64,000 nucleotides of DNA, from sequence record OP292222.1, one strand, 5' to 3'. Source of the DNA: Escherichia phage Esco_phi_B-01. The notes below the pieces were generated by a model, which saw nothing but the letters and a program-made list of their open reading frames with translations, was not told the DNA's origin and ran no database searches. Both the position numbers and the translations under genes were made by a program. Below are positions 11,223 to 19,862 of the stretch, one piece after another (the first letter of the stretch is position 1; each line of letters opens with the position of its first letter).

Positions 11223-11455
11223 TGAAATTTCGTCTAGTTAAGTTTTCAGGTCTGAATTCAAAAGGTGAAAGCTTAGTAGCCTATTCAGTAGAATACAAAA
11301 AGTACTTTTTCTCTCGATGGAAATCGTACTATAAATCCGAGTGGGTTTATGCCAACATGAAATACAAAACGGTGCCTATTCTTGATAATTGCCATAGCCT
11401 ATTAAGAGCTCTAAAAGAGCGTAATGCAACCACTATTAAAACTATTCTGGAATAA
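11222..11455 (+). CDS. hypothetical protein (77 aa)
   Basis: ORF coupled to cd stop. Confidence 0.5.
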   Translation: MKFRLVKFSGLNSKGESLVAYSVEYKKYFFSRWKSYYKSEWVYANMKYKTVPILDNCHSLLRALKERNATTIKTILE

Positions 11456-11457
11456 TT

Positions 11458-11757
11458 ATGATTTTAACTGAACAAGAAACTATTCGACTCCGTGAAAAAG
11501 CCAAGACTATTCTGTCCGTGGGTACTCACGAAGTTCTGTTTGAAAAGGCGGATGGTAGCGTTCGTCGTATGACTTGTACTCGCGACCTGGACCTCCTCCC
11601 GTATAAAGAAATTCAAGCACCGGGCCCAGAAGCTAATAAAGAACCGGTTAATTATATTCGTGTATTTGATACCAAGGTTAATGACTGGCGCTCGTTCCGT
11701 TTCGATAAATTGATTTCTATTAATGGGCTTCAGACTGAAACTCTGCTTGTCCTGTAA
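11458..11757 (+). CDS. hypothetical protein (99 aa)
   Basis: ORF between cd and gene 31; no recognised domain. Confidence 0.5.
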   Translation: MILTEQETIRLREKAKTILSVGTHEVLFEKADGSVRRMTCTRDLDLLPYKEIQAPGPEANKEPVNYIRVFDTKVNDWRSFRFDKLISINGLQTETLLVL

Positions 11758-11784
11758 TATGCTTTAAGAATAGCGTGTTATTAT
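11758..11784 (+). promoter_or_regulatory. T4 middle-type promoter upstream of gene 31
   Basis: MotA box taTGCTTTA (11758-11766) 12 bp upstream of TGTTATTAT (-10 at 11779-11784). Confidence 0.55.
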
Positions 11785-11815
11785 TAATCTATCAACAAAA
11801 CAACATGGATTAAAT

Positions 11816-12139
11816 ATGGAACTTCCTATTAAAGCGGTCGGAGAATATGTTATTCTCGTTTCCGAACCAAAACAAGCTGGCGATGAAGAAACTACTGCAT
11901 CTGGTATCGTTATTGGCAAACTTCATCAAGGCGAAATCCCTGAACTTTGTGAAATTTATTCTGTGGGACCTGATGTCCCTGAAGGTTTTTGTGAAGTAGG
12001 CGATTTGACTCCACTTCCTGTTGGTAAGATTGCTAACGTGCCACATCCTTTAGTTGCATTGGGTATTAAACAGCCTAAAGAAATTAAACAGAAATTCGTT
12101 ACCTGTCACTATAAAGCTATTCCGTGTCTTTATAAGTGA
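11816..12139 (+). CDS. 31: gp31 head-assembly co-chaperonin (GroES analogue)
   Basis: 107 aa; strong match to T4 gp31 ([27 protein letters not shown]). Confidence 0.9.
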   Translation: MELPIKAVGEYVILVSEPKQAGDEETTASGIVIGKLHQGEIPELCEIYSVGPDVPEGFCEVGDLTPLPVGKIANVPHPLVALGIKQPKEIKQKFVTCHYKAIPCLYK

Positions 12140-12147
12140 TATAAATA
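12140..12147 (+). promoter_or_regulatory. late promoter motif TATAAATA downstream of gene 31
   Basis: Exact TATAAATA immediately after the gene 31 stop, upstream of rIII. Confidence 0.4.
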
Positions 12148-12285
12148 ATAATATGGATTGGCTGCCGGACTAGTTAGTTAACCGGAGAATCCTAAGCGGT
12201 GGACTACAACTGAGAGACTTGCCGAAAGGAAGTGAAATTCAGAAGAACGTGTCCACCAATCTTTATCTCGAATCGAGAATTTAAA

Positions 12286-12534
12286 ATGAACAAACATCTG
12301 AATCACGCTCTTGAACTGCAACGCAACGCTTGGAACAACGGTCACGAAAACTACGGCGCATCTATTGATGTTGAAGCCGAAGCACTGGAAATCCTGCGTT
12401 ATTTCAAACATCTTAATCCTGCTCAGGCTACTCTGGCTGCTGAACTGGAAGCAAAAGATGAACTGAAATATGCTAAGCCTTTGGCTTCAGCAGCTCGTAA
12501 AGCAGTACGTCATTTTATTATTACCCTGAAGTAA
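12286..12534 (+). CDS. rIII: rIII lysis-inhibition accessory protein
   Basis: 82 aa from ATG 12286 (MNKH.NHALELQRNAWNNGHENYG); matches T4 RIII; track start 12232 rejected. Confidence 0.85.
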   Translation: MNKHLNHALELQRNAWNNGHENYGASIDVEAEALEILRYFKHLNPAQATLAAELEAKDELKYAKPLASAARKAVRHFIITLK

Positions 12535-12782
12535 AATCGAGGAGCCGTCGAACTGTCTGATTAATGATTTGCGAATCATTATAGTTTTAAGACCCCAGCA
12601 GTTTTACGGTGTACCTCTTGAATGTATTTTATAGCGGCAAGTGCATGCTACCCCGAGGTGATGGCCAATCGGGAGTACGCCTCAAGGCCTATATATCCAT
12701 CAGTATATATCTTATCCTCGAGAAATCGAACCCGGAACCTTTAAGCTAACGGTGTGCAACAGATAAGAGCTATGATGACGAG

Positions 12783-12812
12783 GTTTACGGTTATCCTGTC
12801 GTTAAATATCTA
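12783..12812 (+). promoter_or_regulatory. possible early-type promoter for the small basic ORF
   Basis: GTTTAC (12783-12788), 18-bp spacer, TATCTA; weaker -10. Confidence 0.3.
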
Positions 12813-12886
12813 AAACCTATGTTCCCCTTGAGGGCTTGCGCAGGCAACGCCAATAAGTCCTGCATCCTAATTTAAGAGATTTAAAA

Positions 12887-13048
12887 ATGGCTAAGAAAGA
12901 AGTTAAAGTAGTTGACGGAACCTCTAAACGCGCTGGTTACAAGCGTGCGTCTAACAAGCGTATCAATCAGGTAGTTGATAAGCTTCAAGCTCGTGCTCGT
13001 GCAGTATTGCGTGCAGATGCTGCTTGCTTCGGTAAAGTTATTGCATAA
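12887..13048 (+). CDS. small basic protein (53 aa), hypothetical
   Basis: Below track threshold; Lys/Arg-rich; ends 6 nt before a strong terminator hairpin. Confidence 0.4.
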   Translation: MAKKEVKVVDGTSKRAGYKRASNKRINQVVDKLQARARAVLRADAACFGKVIA

Positions 13049-13053
13049 GTTAT

Positions 13054-13080
13054 GGGACTCTTCGGAGTCCCATTTTTGTT
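13054..13080 (+). terminator. intrinsic terminator
   Basis: GGGACTC-TTCG-GAGTCCC hairpin followed by ATTTTTGTTT. Confidence 0.8.
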
Positions 13081-13099
13081 TCTAAATCTTTAAAAAAGG

Positions 13100-13128
13100 G
13101 TATACATCTCCGGTAGGCATGATACTAT
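13100..13128 (+). promoter_or_regulatory. early-type promoter, cassette copy 1
   Basis: GTATAC (13100-13105), 17-bp spacer, TACTAT (13123-13128). Confidence 0.5.
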
Positions 13129-13172
13129 AGACATGTACCAAATAATACGAAAACAAACTGGAGAATAAAATG
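13123..13172 (+). repeat. 50-bp promoter-leader cassette, copy 1
   Basis: 48/50 identical to 13529-13578; spans -10, leader, SD GGAGA and ATG. Confidence 0.9.
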
Positions 13173-13502
13173 AAAACTGTAAACCTGAATGCATCTGTTA
13201 AAGCTAAATGTTTCAACGGTGAATATCAAGAAACCATGTGGGTCCTGACTGCAGTTGAAGGTGATATCATCGAAGTTGAAACAACTGAAGGTATGGGTAC
13301 TGATTTCACATTTACCATCGAGCTTCACAACTTCTTTACAGGTTGGATTTATGAACTGAAAACTGTAATTACTGGTCGTATCGAAGAAAACAAAATTGGT
13401 GAATTCTATTACGTTAATGCCCGTACACGTGCTGAACGTCTGATTGCTCAGATGAAAAAAGTTGGTAAACTTGATATGAAAAATTGGAATGTTGTGAAAT
13501 AA
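13170..13502 (+). CDS. hypothetical early protein (110 aa)
   Basis: ATG preceded by SD GGAGA within a conserved 50-bp promoter-leader cassette. Confidence 0.6.
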   Translation: MKTVNLNASVKAKCFNGEYQETMWVLTAVEGDIIEVETTEGMGTDFTFTIELHNFFTGWIYELKTVITGRIEENKIGEFYYVNARTRAERLIAQMKKVGKLDMKNWNVVK

Positions 13503-13505
13503 ATG

Positions 13506-13534
13506 TTTTACTTTGGTACAGGTTGTGTTATTAT
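13506..13534 (+). promoter_or_regulatory. early-type promoter, cassette copy 2
   Basis: TTTTAC (13506-13511), 17-bp spacer, TATTAT (13529-13534). Confidence 0.5.
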
Positions 13535-13578
13535 AGACCTGTACCAAATAATACGAAAACAAACTGGAGAATAAAATG
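13529..13578 (+). repeat. 50-bp promoter-leader cassette, copy 2
   Basis: 48/50 identical to 13123-13172. Confidence 0.9.
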
Positions 13579-13941
13579 AACTACATCAACTTCGAACGTA
13601 AATATGTTTCTAACGGTATCGCTGGTTCTTCTGAAGTTATTTGCCTGTGGAAACACAACAACGGCACAGTGTGCGAAATCGAACAGTGCATGACTCCTAA
13701 CTACGTTTATATGCGCTTTGAAAATGGTATCACGGTTTCAATCACTATGGAAGGTTCTACTTTTAAAATCGCTTTAGATGATGATTTCCGTCAACGTGAT
13801 TTAGGTACCCATCCTTGCTGGAACGGTGATAATCGTAAGCTTCTGGTTAAAACCTGGATTCGTCACATCCTGAGCAACCGTGCTAAACCTGAACACCTGG
13901 AAGCAATCTTTGATGTAGTTCTGAATGAATTTGATATCTAA
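13576..13941 (+). CDS. hypothetical early protein (121 aa)
   Basis: Second copy of the same promoter-leader cassette directly upstream. Confidence 0.6.
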   Translation: MNYINFERKYVSNGIAGSSEVICLWKHNNGTVCEIEQCMTPNYVYMRFENGITVSITMEGSTFKIALDDDFRQRDLGTHPCWNGDNRKLLVKTWIRHILSNRAKPEHLEAIFDVVLNEFDI

Positions 13942-13951
13942 TCTTAAAAAT

Positions 13952-13970
13952 GGAGGCTTCGGCCTCCTTT
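13952..13970 (+). terminator. intrinsic terminator or RNA hairpin
   Basis: GGAGGC-TTCG-GCCTCC hairpin followed by TTT. Confidence 0.6.
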
Positions 13971-13982
13971 GAGGAAAATATT

Positions 13983-14270
13983 ATGTTTATGACCACTTAT
14001 TTCGATACTCGTAAAAATTTCTGTGAAGTTGTTTTCTCTAAGGCAGGTAAAGATGTTCCTGCTGACAAACAGCCTACTCGTGAATCCATTAAGGCCTATG
14101 CTGATGTGGTTTGTCCAGTAGAATTCCGTACAGTCAATGGTCGTGACACCCTAGCAATCACTAAGCTCAACCATGATATTAACATAGACCCTAGCGCTGC
14201 CCGCGAAGTCAATACTTCTGACATCTATGGCGGTAATGTTAAATCACATGGATTTCAGATGAGGTTCTAA
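13983..14270 (+). CDS. hypothetical protein (95 aa)
   Basis: ATG 13983 with SD GAGG; track start 13950 lies inside a terminator hairpin. Confidence 0.5.
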   Translation: MFMTTYFDTRKNFCEVVFSKAGKDVPADKQPTRESIKAYADVVCPVEFRTVNGRDTLAITKLNHDINIDPSAAREVNTSDIYGGNVKSHGFQMRF

Positions 14271-14464
14271 TGCAACTATTCTTATCACAAACTGTTCAGT
14301 TAAAAGGTGTAGGTATTCCTGGTATGATTTCAAAGGTTTTACCTGCTTTTAAATTGGGTAATGCTACTATTAAAGAAGCCTACACTGTCCTATGGGTCGA
14401 TGGCACTGAAGACGTTCGCATGGGTGGTGAGTTGTCTGTAATCAAATGTTTGAAGCGAGGATAA
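14270..14464 (+). CDS. hypothetical protein (64 aa)
   Basis: ORF coupled to upstream stop; SD GAGG. Confidence 0.45.
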   Translation: MQLFLSQTVQLKGVGIPGMISKVLPAFKLGNATIKEAYTVLWVDGTEDVRMGGELSVIKCLKRG

Positions 14465-14465
14465 T

Positions 14466-14681
14466 ATGGTCAAGAAACTGATTCAGAAATTGTTAGGTAC
14501 GGAAATGGTTGAAGTGACTTATCGTGTGACTGATGTTTCTCCTCATACAGCGGACCATTTAGAACCTTATATCATGACAATTAAAATGCCTAAACATGAC
14601 GGCGGTTTATCCATTGAAGACCGACTGCCGGGTTATGGTTATTGGGCTGATGTCGAAATTATAAGTGTCAAAGATGTCTGA
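14466..14681 (+). CDS. hypothetical protein (71 aa)
   Basis: ORF with SD GAGG upstream. Confidence 0.45.
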   Translation: MVKKLIQKLLGTEMVEVTYRVTDVSPHTADHLEPYIMTIKMPKHDGGLSIEDRLPGYGYWADVEIISVKDV

Positions 14682-15132
14682 GTTAGAAATTAGAAGTAAC
14701 TTTCCGTGGCCATCATGCGCATTAAGTAACTTTGCTAAATGGCCTTTCGTTATGGATGGTATCCAATTTGGCGGACTCGAAGGATTCCTCCAAGGGTGTA
14801 AGGTGAAAAATGTTGAACAACAAAGACGTATATTTAGGATGACCGGGTTAGACGCTCAAAAAGCTGGACGAGCTTATGCTAGAGCTCAGGACCGTGGCAC
14901 GTTATTCTGGCTTGGAACCCCGTTTTCAAGATATTCCGAAGCATGGAAAGAGCTTTACGAAAGTGCGTATTTTGAAGCAGCGCTCCAGAACAAAGGATTC
15001 CGAGATGCATTACAAGCCACTAAAGGTAAGGTTTTAAAGCATTCAATGGCAAGCCACCTCAAAGAATGTGATACAATACTAACTGAAAAAGAGTTTATCG
15101 ACATCCTAAACAAATTGAGAGATTTATTATGA
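14674..15132 (+). CDS. NADAR/YbiA-like (DUF1768) domain protein
   Basis: 152 aa from first ATG (track start 14665 is GTG); motifs LSNFAKWPF.MDG and LEGFLQGCK align with E. coli YbiA FSNFAAWPI.VDG and SEHYFQAQK. Confidence 0.6.
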   Translation: MSELEIRSNFPWPSCALSNFAKWPFVMDGIQFGGLEGFLQGCKVKNVEQQRRIFRMTGLDAQKAGRAYARAQDRGTLFWLGTPFSRYSEAWKELYESAYFEAALQNKGFRDALQATKGKVLKHSMASHLKECDTILTEKEFIDILNKLRDLL

Positions 15133-15767
15133 AACCAGTTATCTTAACAGATATCGATGGAGTATGTTTAAGTTGGCAGTCCGGCTTGCCTTATTTCGCA
15201 CAGAAATATAATTTGCCTTTAGAACATATTTTGAATATGATTCAGGACGAACGTTTCTTATCTCCAGGCGAACTGTTTAATTGTGACGACGAATTAGGCG
15301 CACGTTTAATCGAGAAATATAACCAGTCAGATTTTATTCGTTATCTGTCCCCTTACATGGACGCATTAAAACACATCAACAAGCTCAAAAAAGACTTCGA
15401 TTTTGTAGCCGTGACTGCGCTAGGCGACTCAATTGATGCTCTGCTGAATAGACAATTCAATTTGAATGCTTTGTTCCCTGGCGCATTCAAGGAGATTCTG
15501 ATGTGTGGTCATTCAGAATCAAAAGAAGACCTGTTCATAAGAGCTAAAAATACATACGGTAAACGCATTAAGTTTTATGTTGACGATTTGGCTCACCACT
15601 GTGATGCCGCATCTAATATTCTCATGGATATCCAAGTTTATTGGTTAGCCCGTGGTGAGCGCGACTTTAAACCTAATTTAGCCGTAAAGGTTAATTCATG
15701 GGACGATATTGCAGCAATCGAATCCCTTCGTAATAATGCAGCCGTTGAATGGATTGCACGAGGTTAA
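15129..15767 (+). CDS. HAD-family 5'(3')-deoxyribonucleotidase-like protein (T4 30.2-like)
   Basis: 212 aa; N-terminal HAD motif I LTDIDGV; position matches T4 30.2. Confidence 0.6.
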   Translation: MKPVILTDIDGVCLSWQSGLPYFAQKYNLPLEHILNMIQDERFLSPGELFNCDDELGARLIEKYNQSDFIRYLSPYMDALKHINKLKKDFDFVAVTALGDSIDALLNRQFNLNALFPGAFKEILMCGHSESKEDLFIRAKNTYGKRIKFYVDDLAHHCDAASNILMDIQVYWLARGERDFKPNLAVKVNSWDDIAAIESLRNNAAVEWIARG

Positions 15768-15768
15768 T

Positions 15769-16032
15769 ATGTTTGTTGTTCATACTATTACTGATGGAAT
15801 CCCTAAATCCCATGATTATGGAAACGTTAGACAATTCCTTCGATTGAACCCTGTATATTTCCAAGCCAAAGATGAAGACATCTTTATCCAATGTGTTCGG
15901 CGTGGATTTATGTATGTTACTGAATATGATATTAAAGATAAGCGTATTATATCGTATCACAAAACTTTAAATGAGCTTTTAGATGAAGTAGCTTATAATA
16001 GAAGTACACAAACTGTAAGGACGGTAAAATGA
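15769..16032 (+). CDS. hypothetical protein (87 aa)
   Basis: ATG 15769 with SD GAGG; precedes ligase. Confidence 0.5.
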   Translation: MFVVHTITDGIPKSHDYGNVRQFLRLNPVYFQAKDEDIFIQCVRRGFMYVTEYDIKDKRIISYHKTLNELLDEVAYNRSTQTVRTVK

Positions 16033-17552
16033 TTTTAGATATTTTAAACGAAATTGCTTCTATTGATTCTACTAAAGCTAAAGAAGCTATTATTGCTCGT
16101 GAAAAGGATAACGAGCTTCTGAAACGTGTATATCGTATGGCTTATACCCGTCGTTTGAACTATGGTATTAAAAAGTGGCCGGAACCTGGATTTACGTCTC
16201 AATCCTTTGGTATGATTACACTTGAAGACCTTCTTGATTTCGCTGAGTTCACATTAGCCACCCGTAAGATTACAGGTAATGCAGCTATTGAAGAACTTGC
16301 CCAAATTATTGCTGATGCCAAGGGTCCTGACGCTGAGGTATTACGTCGCGTAATGATGCGTGACCTTGAATGTGGTGCATCGATTTCTATTGCTAACAAG
16401 GTTTGGAAAGGTTTAATCCCTGAACAACCTCAAATGTTGGCTAGTTCTTATGATGAAGATTTGATTAAGAAAAATATTAAATGGCCTGCGTTCGCCCAAT
16501 TAAAAGCTGACGGCGCTCGTTGTTTTGCTGAAGTTCGTAACGATGGGGTAACATTCCTTACTCGCGGTGGTAATGAATACCAAGGGCTTAATCTTTTGGC
16601 GGCTGAATTAATGGCCATGACCGAAGAAGCTCGACAGCGCCATCCTAATGGTGTTATGATTGACGGTGAATTAGTTTACCATACTCCTAAAGTGGAGCCT
16701 AAAGCGTCTAATGATTTGTTTAGTATGTTTGATGAGGAACTTCCTGAATTAAGTAAAGCCAAGGAATTCCAAACTGTCGCCGATCGTTCTACTTCAAACG
16801 GGTTGGCTAACAAGGCTCTTCAAGGAACTATTACTCCAACCGAAGCCGCAGGTATGGTATTACAGGCATGGGATTATGTCCCATTGGATGTCGTATATTC
16901 CGAAGGTAAAATTAAAGGCGATAAGTATGATGTACGCTTTGCAGCCTTAGAACTTATGGTTGCTCATAATGTCGTATTGCATGGTACAACGCGTGTTGAA
17001 GCTATCGAAAACCAATGGGTTAATAATCTTGACGAAGCTAAAGTCGTTTATAAGAAATATGTCGACCAAGGCCTGGAAGGTATTATCCTTAAGAACATGG
17101 ACTCCTACTGGGAAAACCGCCGTTCTAAGAATCTTATCAAGTTCAAAGAAGTAATCGATATCGCTTTAGAAGTGGTAGGTTATTATGAACACTCGAAGGA
17201 CCCAAACAAACTTGGTGGTGTCGAGCTAGTATCACGTTGTCGTAGAATTACAAGTGACTGTGGCTCAGGCTTTAAAGATACCACCCATAAGAAAGATAAA
17301 TCAGGTAAAAAAGTATTGATTCCATTGGAAGACCGTCCTGATTTAGACCGTGAACTTCTTATGAAACAAGCTCGTGAAGGTAAGTTGATTGGACGTATTG
17401 CTGACTGTGAATGTAATGGTTGGGTTCATTCCAAAGGACGTACTGATACTGTAGGTATTTTCCTTCCAATTATTAAAGGTTGGCGTTTCGATAAAACAGA
17501 AGCTGATACATTTGAAGATGTATTTGGTGATTGGTCTCAAACTGGACTATAA
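16029..17552 (+). CDS. 30: ATP-dependent DNA ligase
   Basis: 507 aa; adenylation motif KADGAR; near-collinear with T4 gp30. Confidence 0.92.
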   Translation: MILDILNEIASIDSTKAKEAIIAREKDNELLKRVYRMAYTRRLNYGIKKWPEPGFTSQSFGMITLEDLLDFAEFTLATRKITGNAAIEELAQIIADAKGPDAEVLRRVMMRDLECGASISIANKVWKGLIPEQPQMLASSYDEDLIKKNIKWPAFAQLKADGARCFAEVRNDGVTFLTRGGNEYQGLNLLAAELMAMTEEARQRHPNGVMIDGELVYHTPKVEPKASNDLFSMFDEELPELSKAKEFQTVADRSTSNGLANKALQGTITPTEAAGMVLQAWDYVPLDVVYSEGKIKGDKYDVRFAALELMVAHNVVLHGTTRVEAIENQWVNNLDEAKVVYKKYVDQGLEGIILKNMDSYWENRRSKNLIKFKEVIDIALEVVGYYEHSKDPNKLGGVELVSRCRRITSDCGSGFKDTTHKKDKSGKKVLIPLEDRPDLDRELLMKQAREGKLIGRIADCECNGWVHSKGRTDTVGIFLPIIKGWRFDKTEADTFEDVFGDWSQTGL

Positions 17553-17553
17553 T

Positions 17554-17724
17554 ATGAAAGCTTATTTAGAAACAATTGTTGTAACAAATACAAATACCAC
17601 CGCGGCCTCTCAAATCATCCTAGAGTTTGAGGATGAAATAGCTTTTGCCGATTTTAAAGACGTGTTTGATGGCTATGAAAAAGGCCCGACATTCGAAGTA
17701 TATCGTACGTTGCTACCACTTTAA
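17554..17724 (+). CDS. hypothetical small protein (56 aa)
   Basis: ATG 1 nt after ligase stop; followed by terminator hairpin. Confidence 0.4.
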   Translation: MKAYLETIVVTNTNTTAASQIILEFEDEIAFADFKDVFDGYEKGPTFEVYRTLLPL

Positions 17725-17741
17725 GGCCTTCGGGCCTTTTA
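17724..17741 (+). terminator. intrinsic terminator after the ligase operon
   Basis: AGGCC-TTCG-GGCCT hairpin followed by TTTT. Confidence 0.65.
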
Positions 17742-17774
17742 TGGCATAAATACGGTTATTAAAGAGGAATTATT

Positions 17775-19859
17775 ATGACCGAACAATTAAATGAAGTGTT
17801 TGAGTCTGAAGGCACCCTGCCTACTGTAAACTTAAACCCGAAACTTAAAGTACCACAGATTTGGAAGATTGGTGATGTCGAATCCCAATTAGTTGCTCGT
17901 ATGGTATCTTATGCCTCTGAAGGCGATGCTATTAAACAGGTTAAATTAGGTGATAAATACGCCCACGTTATCCTTATGAGCCTTTCAGCTAAAGGTTCTC
18001 CAGCCGAACTTAAAGGTGGCTTAGGCCCTACTCCTATTGATGCTATTAATACCATTTTCGACGTAGTATTCGAACAAGTTAAAAAGCTTCGTATGGATGC
18101 TGTGATGTTCCGTTTTCCAACCAAGAAAATGAAAGGACAAGGACCTATCGTCCAACGGATTATCCAACGTTTGGTAACTCAAAAAACAGGTGGACGCTTC
18201 AAAGTAGTTCCGGCTATGTACCAATTTACCGGTAAACATACTTATATCCTAGTAGTTCGTAAACAAGCTGATATTGAAGATATCAAAGGTATGCCAGGAA
18301 TTAATGCCGAATTATATACTAAGGTAGATTCTGATGTTGGTGAAGTTTATATTTCTAAAAAAGAAGGTGTGCAGGTTACTAAAGAAACTGCTATTGCCGG
18401 CAGTATTGCTAAAGTTGAAGAACGTCGCACTGATAAAATGGTTATAACCAAGACTAAGATTTCTCGACGCGCTATTGCAGCAAGTCAGTCTTTAGAATCT
18501 TATCGTAATGAAAGTGAGCTGTTTAAGAAATATGAAGCTACTGCAGCAGATTTTAATAAACCGGCAACAGCTCCATTAATTCCTGAAGCACAGGAAATGG
18601 TCACCAATAACAATTCTCCTGCGGCTAAAAATAAAGTTGCTAATATAGTAGCTGAAGGCACAGCCGAAGAGTTGCATTATGAATATAAAATGTTTCCTCT
18701 TCACGGTATAGGTGAAATCCAAGAGAAAATTAAAGAGAGAATCCTTACGGCCATCAAAAACGAACCTTTGACATCTGTTAAAGCTCTAGAAAAATATGCC
18801 TCTGTTATTAATACCGTTTTCGAAGAATACAAAGGTGAATGGCTGGCTATACATAACAAAACTCGTAAAGGTCAACCTGATGACGTCTGGAATGAATTAA
18901 CCGAGTCCAAGTGGAAAGCAGCCAAGACCAAGTTCATTAAAAAACGTGTGTATAGTTTTGCTGGTGTAGGTGGTGGTATTATGGTCGATATTACTATCGC
19001 TCGTGATGGTTCTAAATACACCCCATCACAAAAGCGCGGCATCAGAGAATACTGCGGCTCAGGTTATACCGACATCAATAATCTTCTTTTAGGACGTTAT
19101 AATCCTCAGAACTATGATGTAATGAATGAAAGGTCTATTGAATCTGCTGTTAATAATCTTGATTCAGCTTTTGAAAATGGTGACCGTATACCAGAAGGCA
19201 TTACAGTTTATCGTGCTCAAAGTATGACTGCTCCTATATACGAAGCACTAGTTAAAAATAAGGTATTTTATTTTAGAAATTTTGTATCTACTTCACTGAC
19301 TCCTATCATTTTTGGACGTTTTGGTGTTACACATGCCGGGGTCGGTCTTTTAGAACCGGAAGTTCGCAACGAATTGACAGTCGATAAAAATGAAGAAGGA
19401 ATAACCATTAATCCTAATGAAATAAGAGCGTATAAAGAAAACCCTGATTACGTTAAAGTTCAAATAGGATGGGCAATTGATGGAGCCCATAAAGTTAATG
19501 TTGTATATCCAGGAAGTCTTGGAATAGCAACAGAAGCTGAAGTTATTCTACCACGCGGATTGATGGTCAAAGTTAATAAAATAACTGATGCCTCTAATAA
19601 TGACGGAACGACATCTAGTAATACAAAACTCGTTCAAGCCGAAGTTATGACGACGGATGAGCTTCAAGAATCTGTAGTGTATGATGGTGACGTACTAATG
19701 GAAACTGGTGAGTTGGTCGTATACCAAGATGACTTCGATACTTCCGAAAGCCCTGTATCTTTTGATTCATTTGTTAAATCTACGCGGTTTGACGTACTGC
19801 CTCTTTTGGCTTCATGCATAGACCTCTATGACATACCAGAAAAATTCATCCAAGGGTAA
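17775..19859 (+). CDS. alt: Alt, head-packaged ADP-ribosyltransferase
   Basis: 694 aa; collinear with T4 Alt including ART motifs (TVYRAQ, FVSTSL, EAEVILPRGL) and C-terminus CID..P.KF.QG. Confidence 0.88.
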   Translation: MTEQLNEVFESEGTLPTVNLNPKLKVPQIWKIGDVESQLVARMVSYASEGDAIKQVKLGDKYAHVILMSLSAKGSPAELKGGLGPTPIDAINTIFDVVFEQVKKLRMDAVMFRFPTKKMKGQGPIVQRIIQRLVTQKTGGRFKVVPAMYQFTGKHTYILVVRKQADIEDIKGMPGINAELYTKVDSDVGEVYISKKEGVQVTKETAIAGSIAKVEERRTDKMVITKTKISRRAIAASQSLESYRNESELFKKYEATAADFNKPATAPLIPEAQEMVTNNNSPAAKNKVANIVAEGTAEELHYEYKMFPLHGIGEIQEKIKERILTAIKNEPLTSVKALEKYASVINTVFEEYKGEWLAIHNKTRKGQPDDVWNELTESKWKAAKTKFIKKRVYSFAGVGGGIMVDITIARDGSKYTPSQKRGIREYCGSGYTDINNLLLGRYNPQNYDVMNERSIESAVNNLDSAFENGDRIPEGITVYRAQSMTAPIYEALVKNKVFYFRNFVSTSLTPIIFGRFGVTHAGVGLLEPEVRNELTVDKNEEGITINPNEIRAYKENPDYVKVQIGWAIDGAHKVNVVYPGSLGIATEAEVILPRGLMVKVNKITDASNNDGTTSSNTKLVQAEVMTTDELQESVVYDGDVLMETGELVVYQDDFDTSESPVSFDSFVKSTRFDVLPLLASCIDLYDIPEKFIQG

Positions 19860-19862
19860 ATA

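Noticed and set aside
12724-12733. Possible tRNA (T-loop-like GGGTTCGATT on minus strand)
   Set aside because: Could not build acceptor, D or anticodon stems around it; at most a degenerate remnant. Needs tRNAscan-SE.
13125-13562. 145-aa minus-strand ORF
   Set aside because: Overlaps two plus-strand ORFs that have promoters and SDs; antisense artefact.
17745-17752. Late promoter for alt (CATAAATA)
   Set aside because: One mismatch to the strictly conserved TATAAATA; recorded as possible only.
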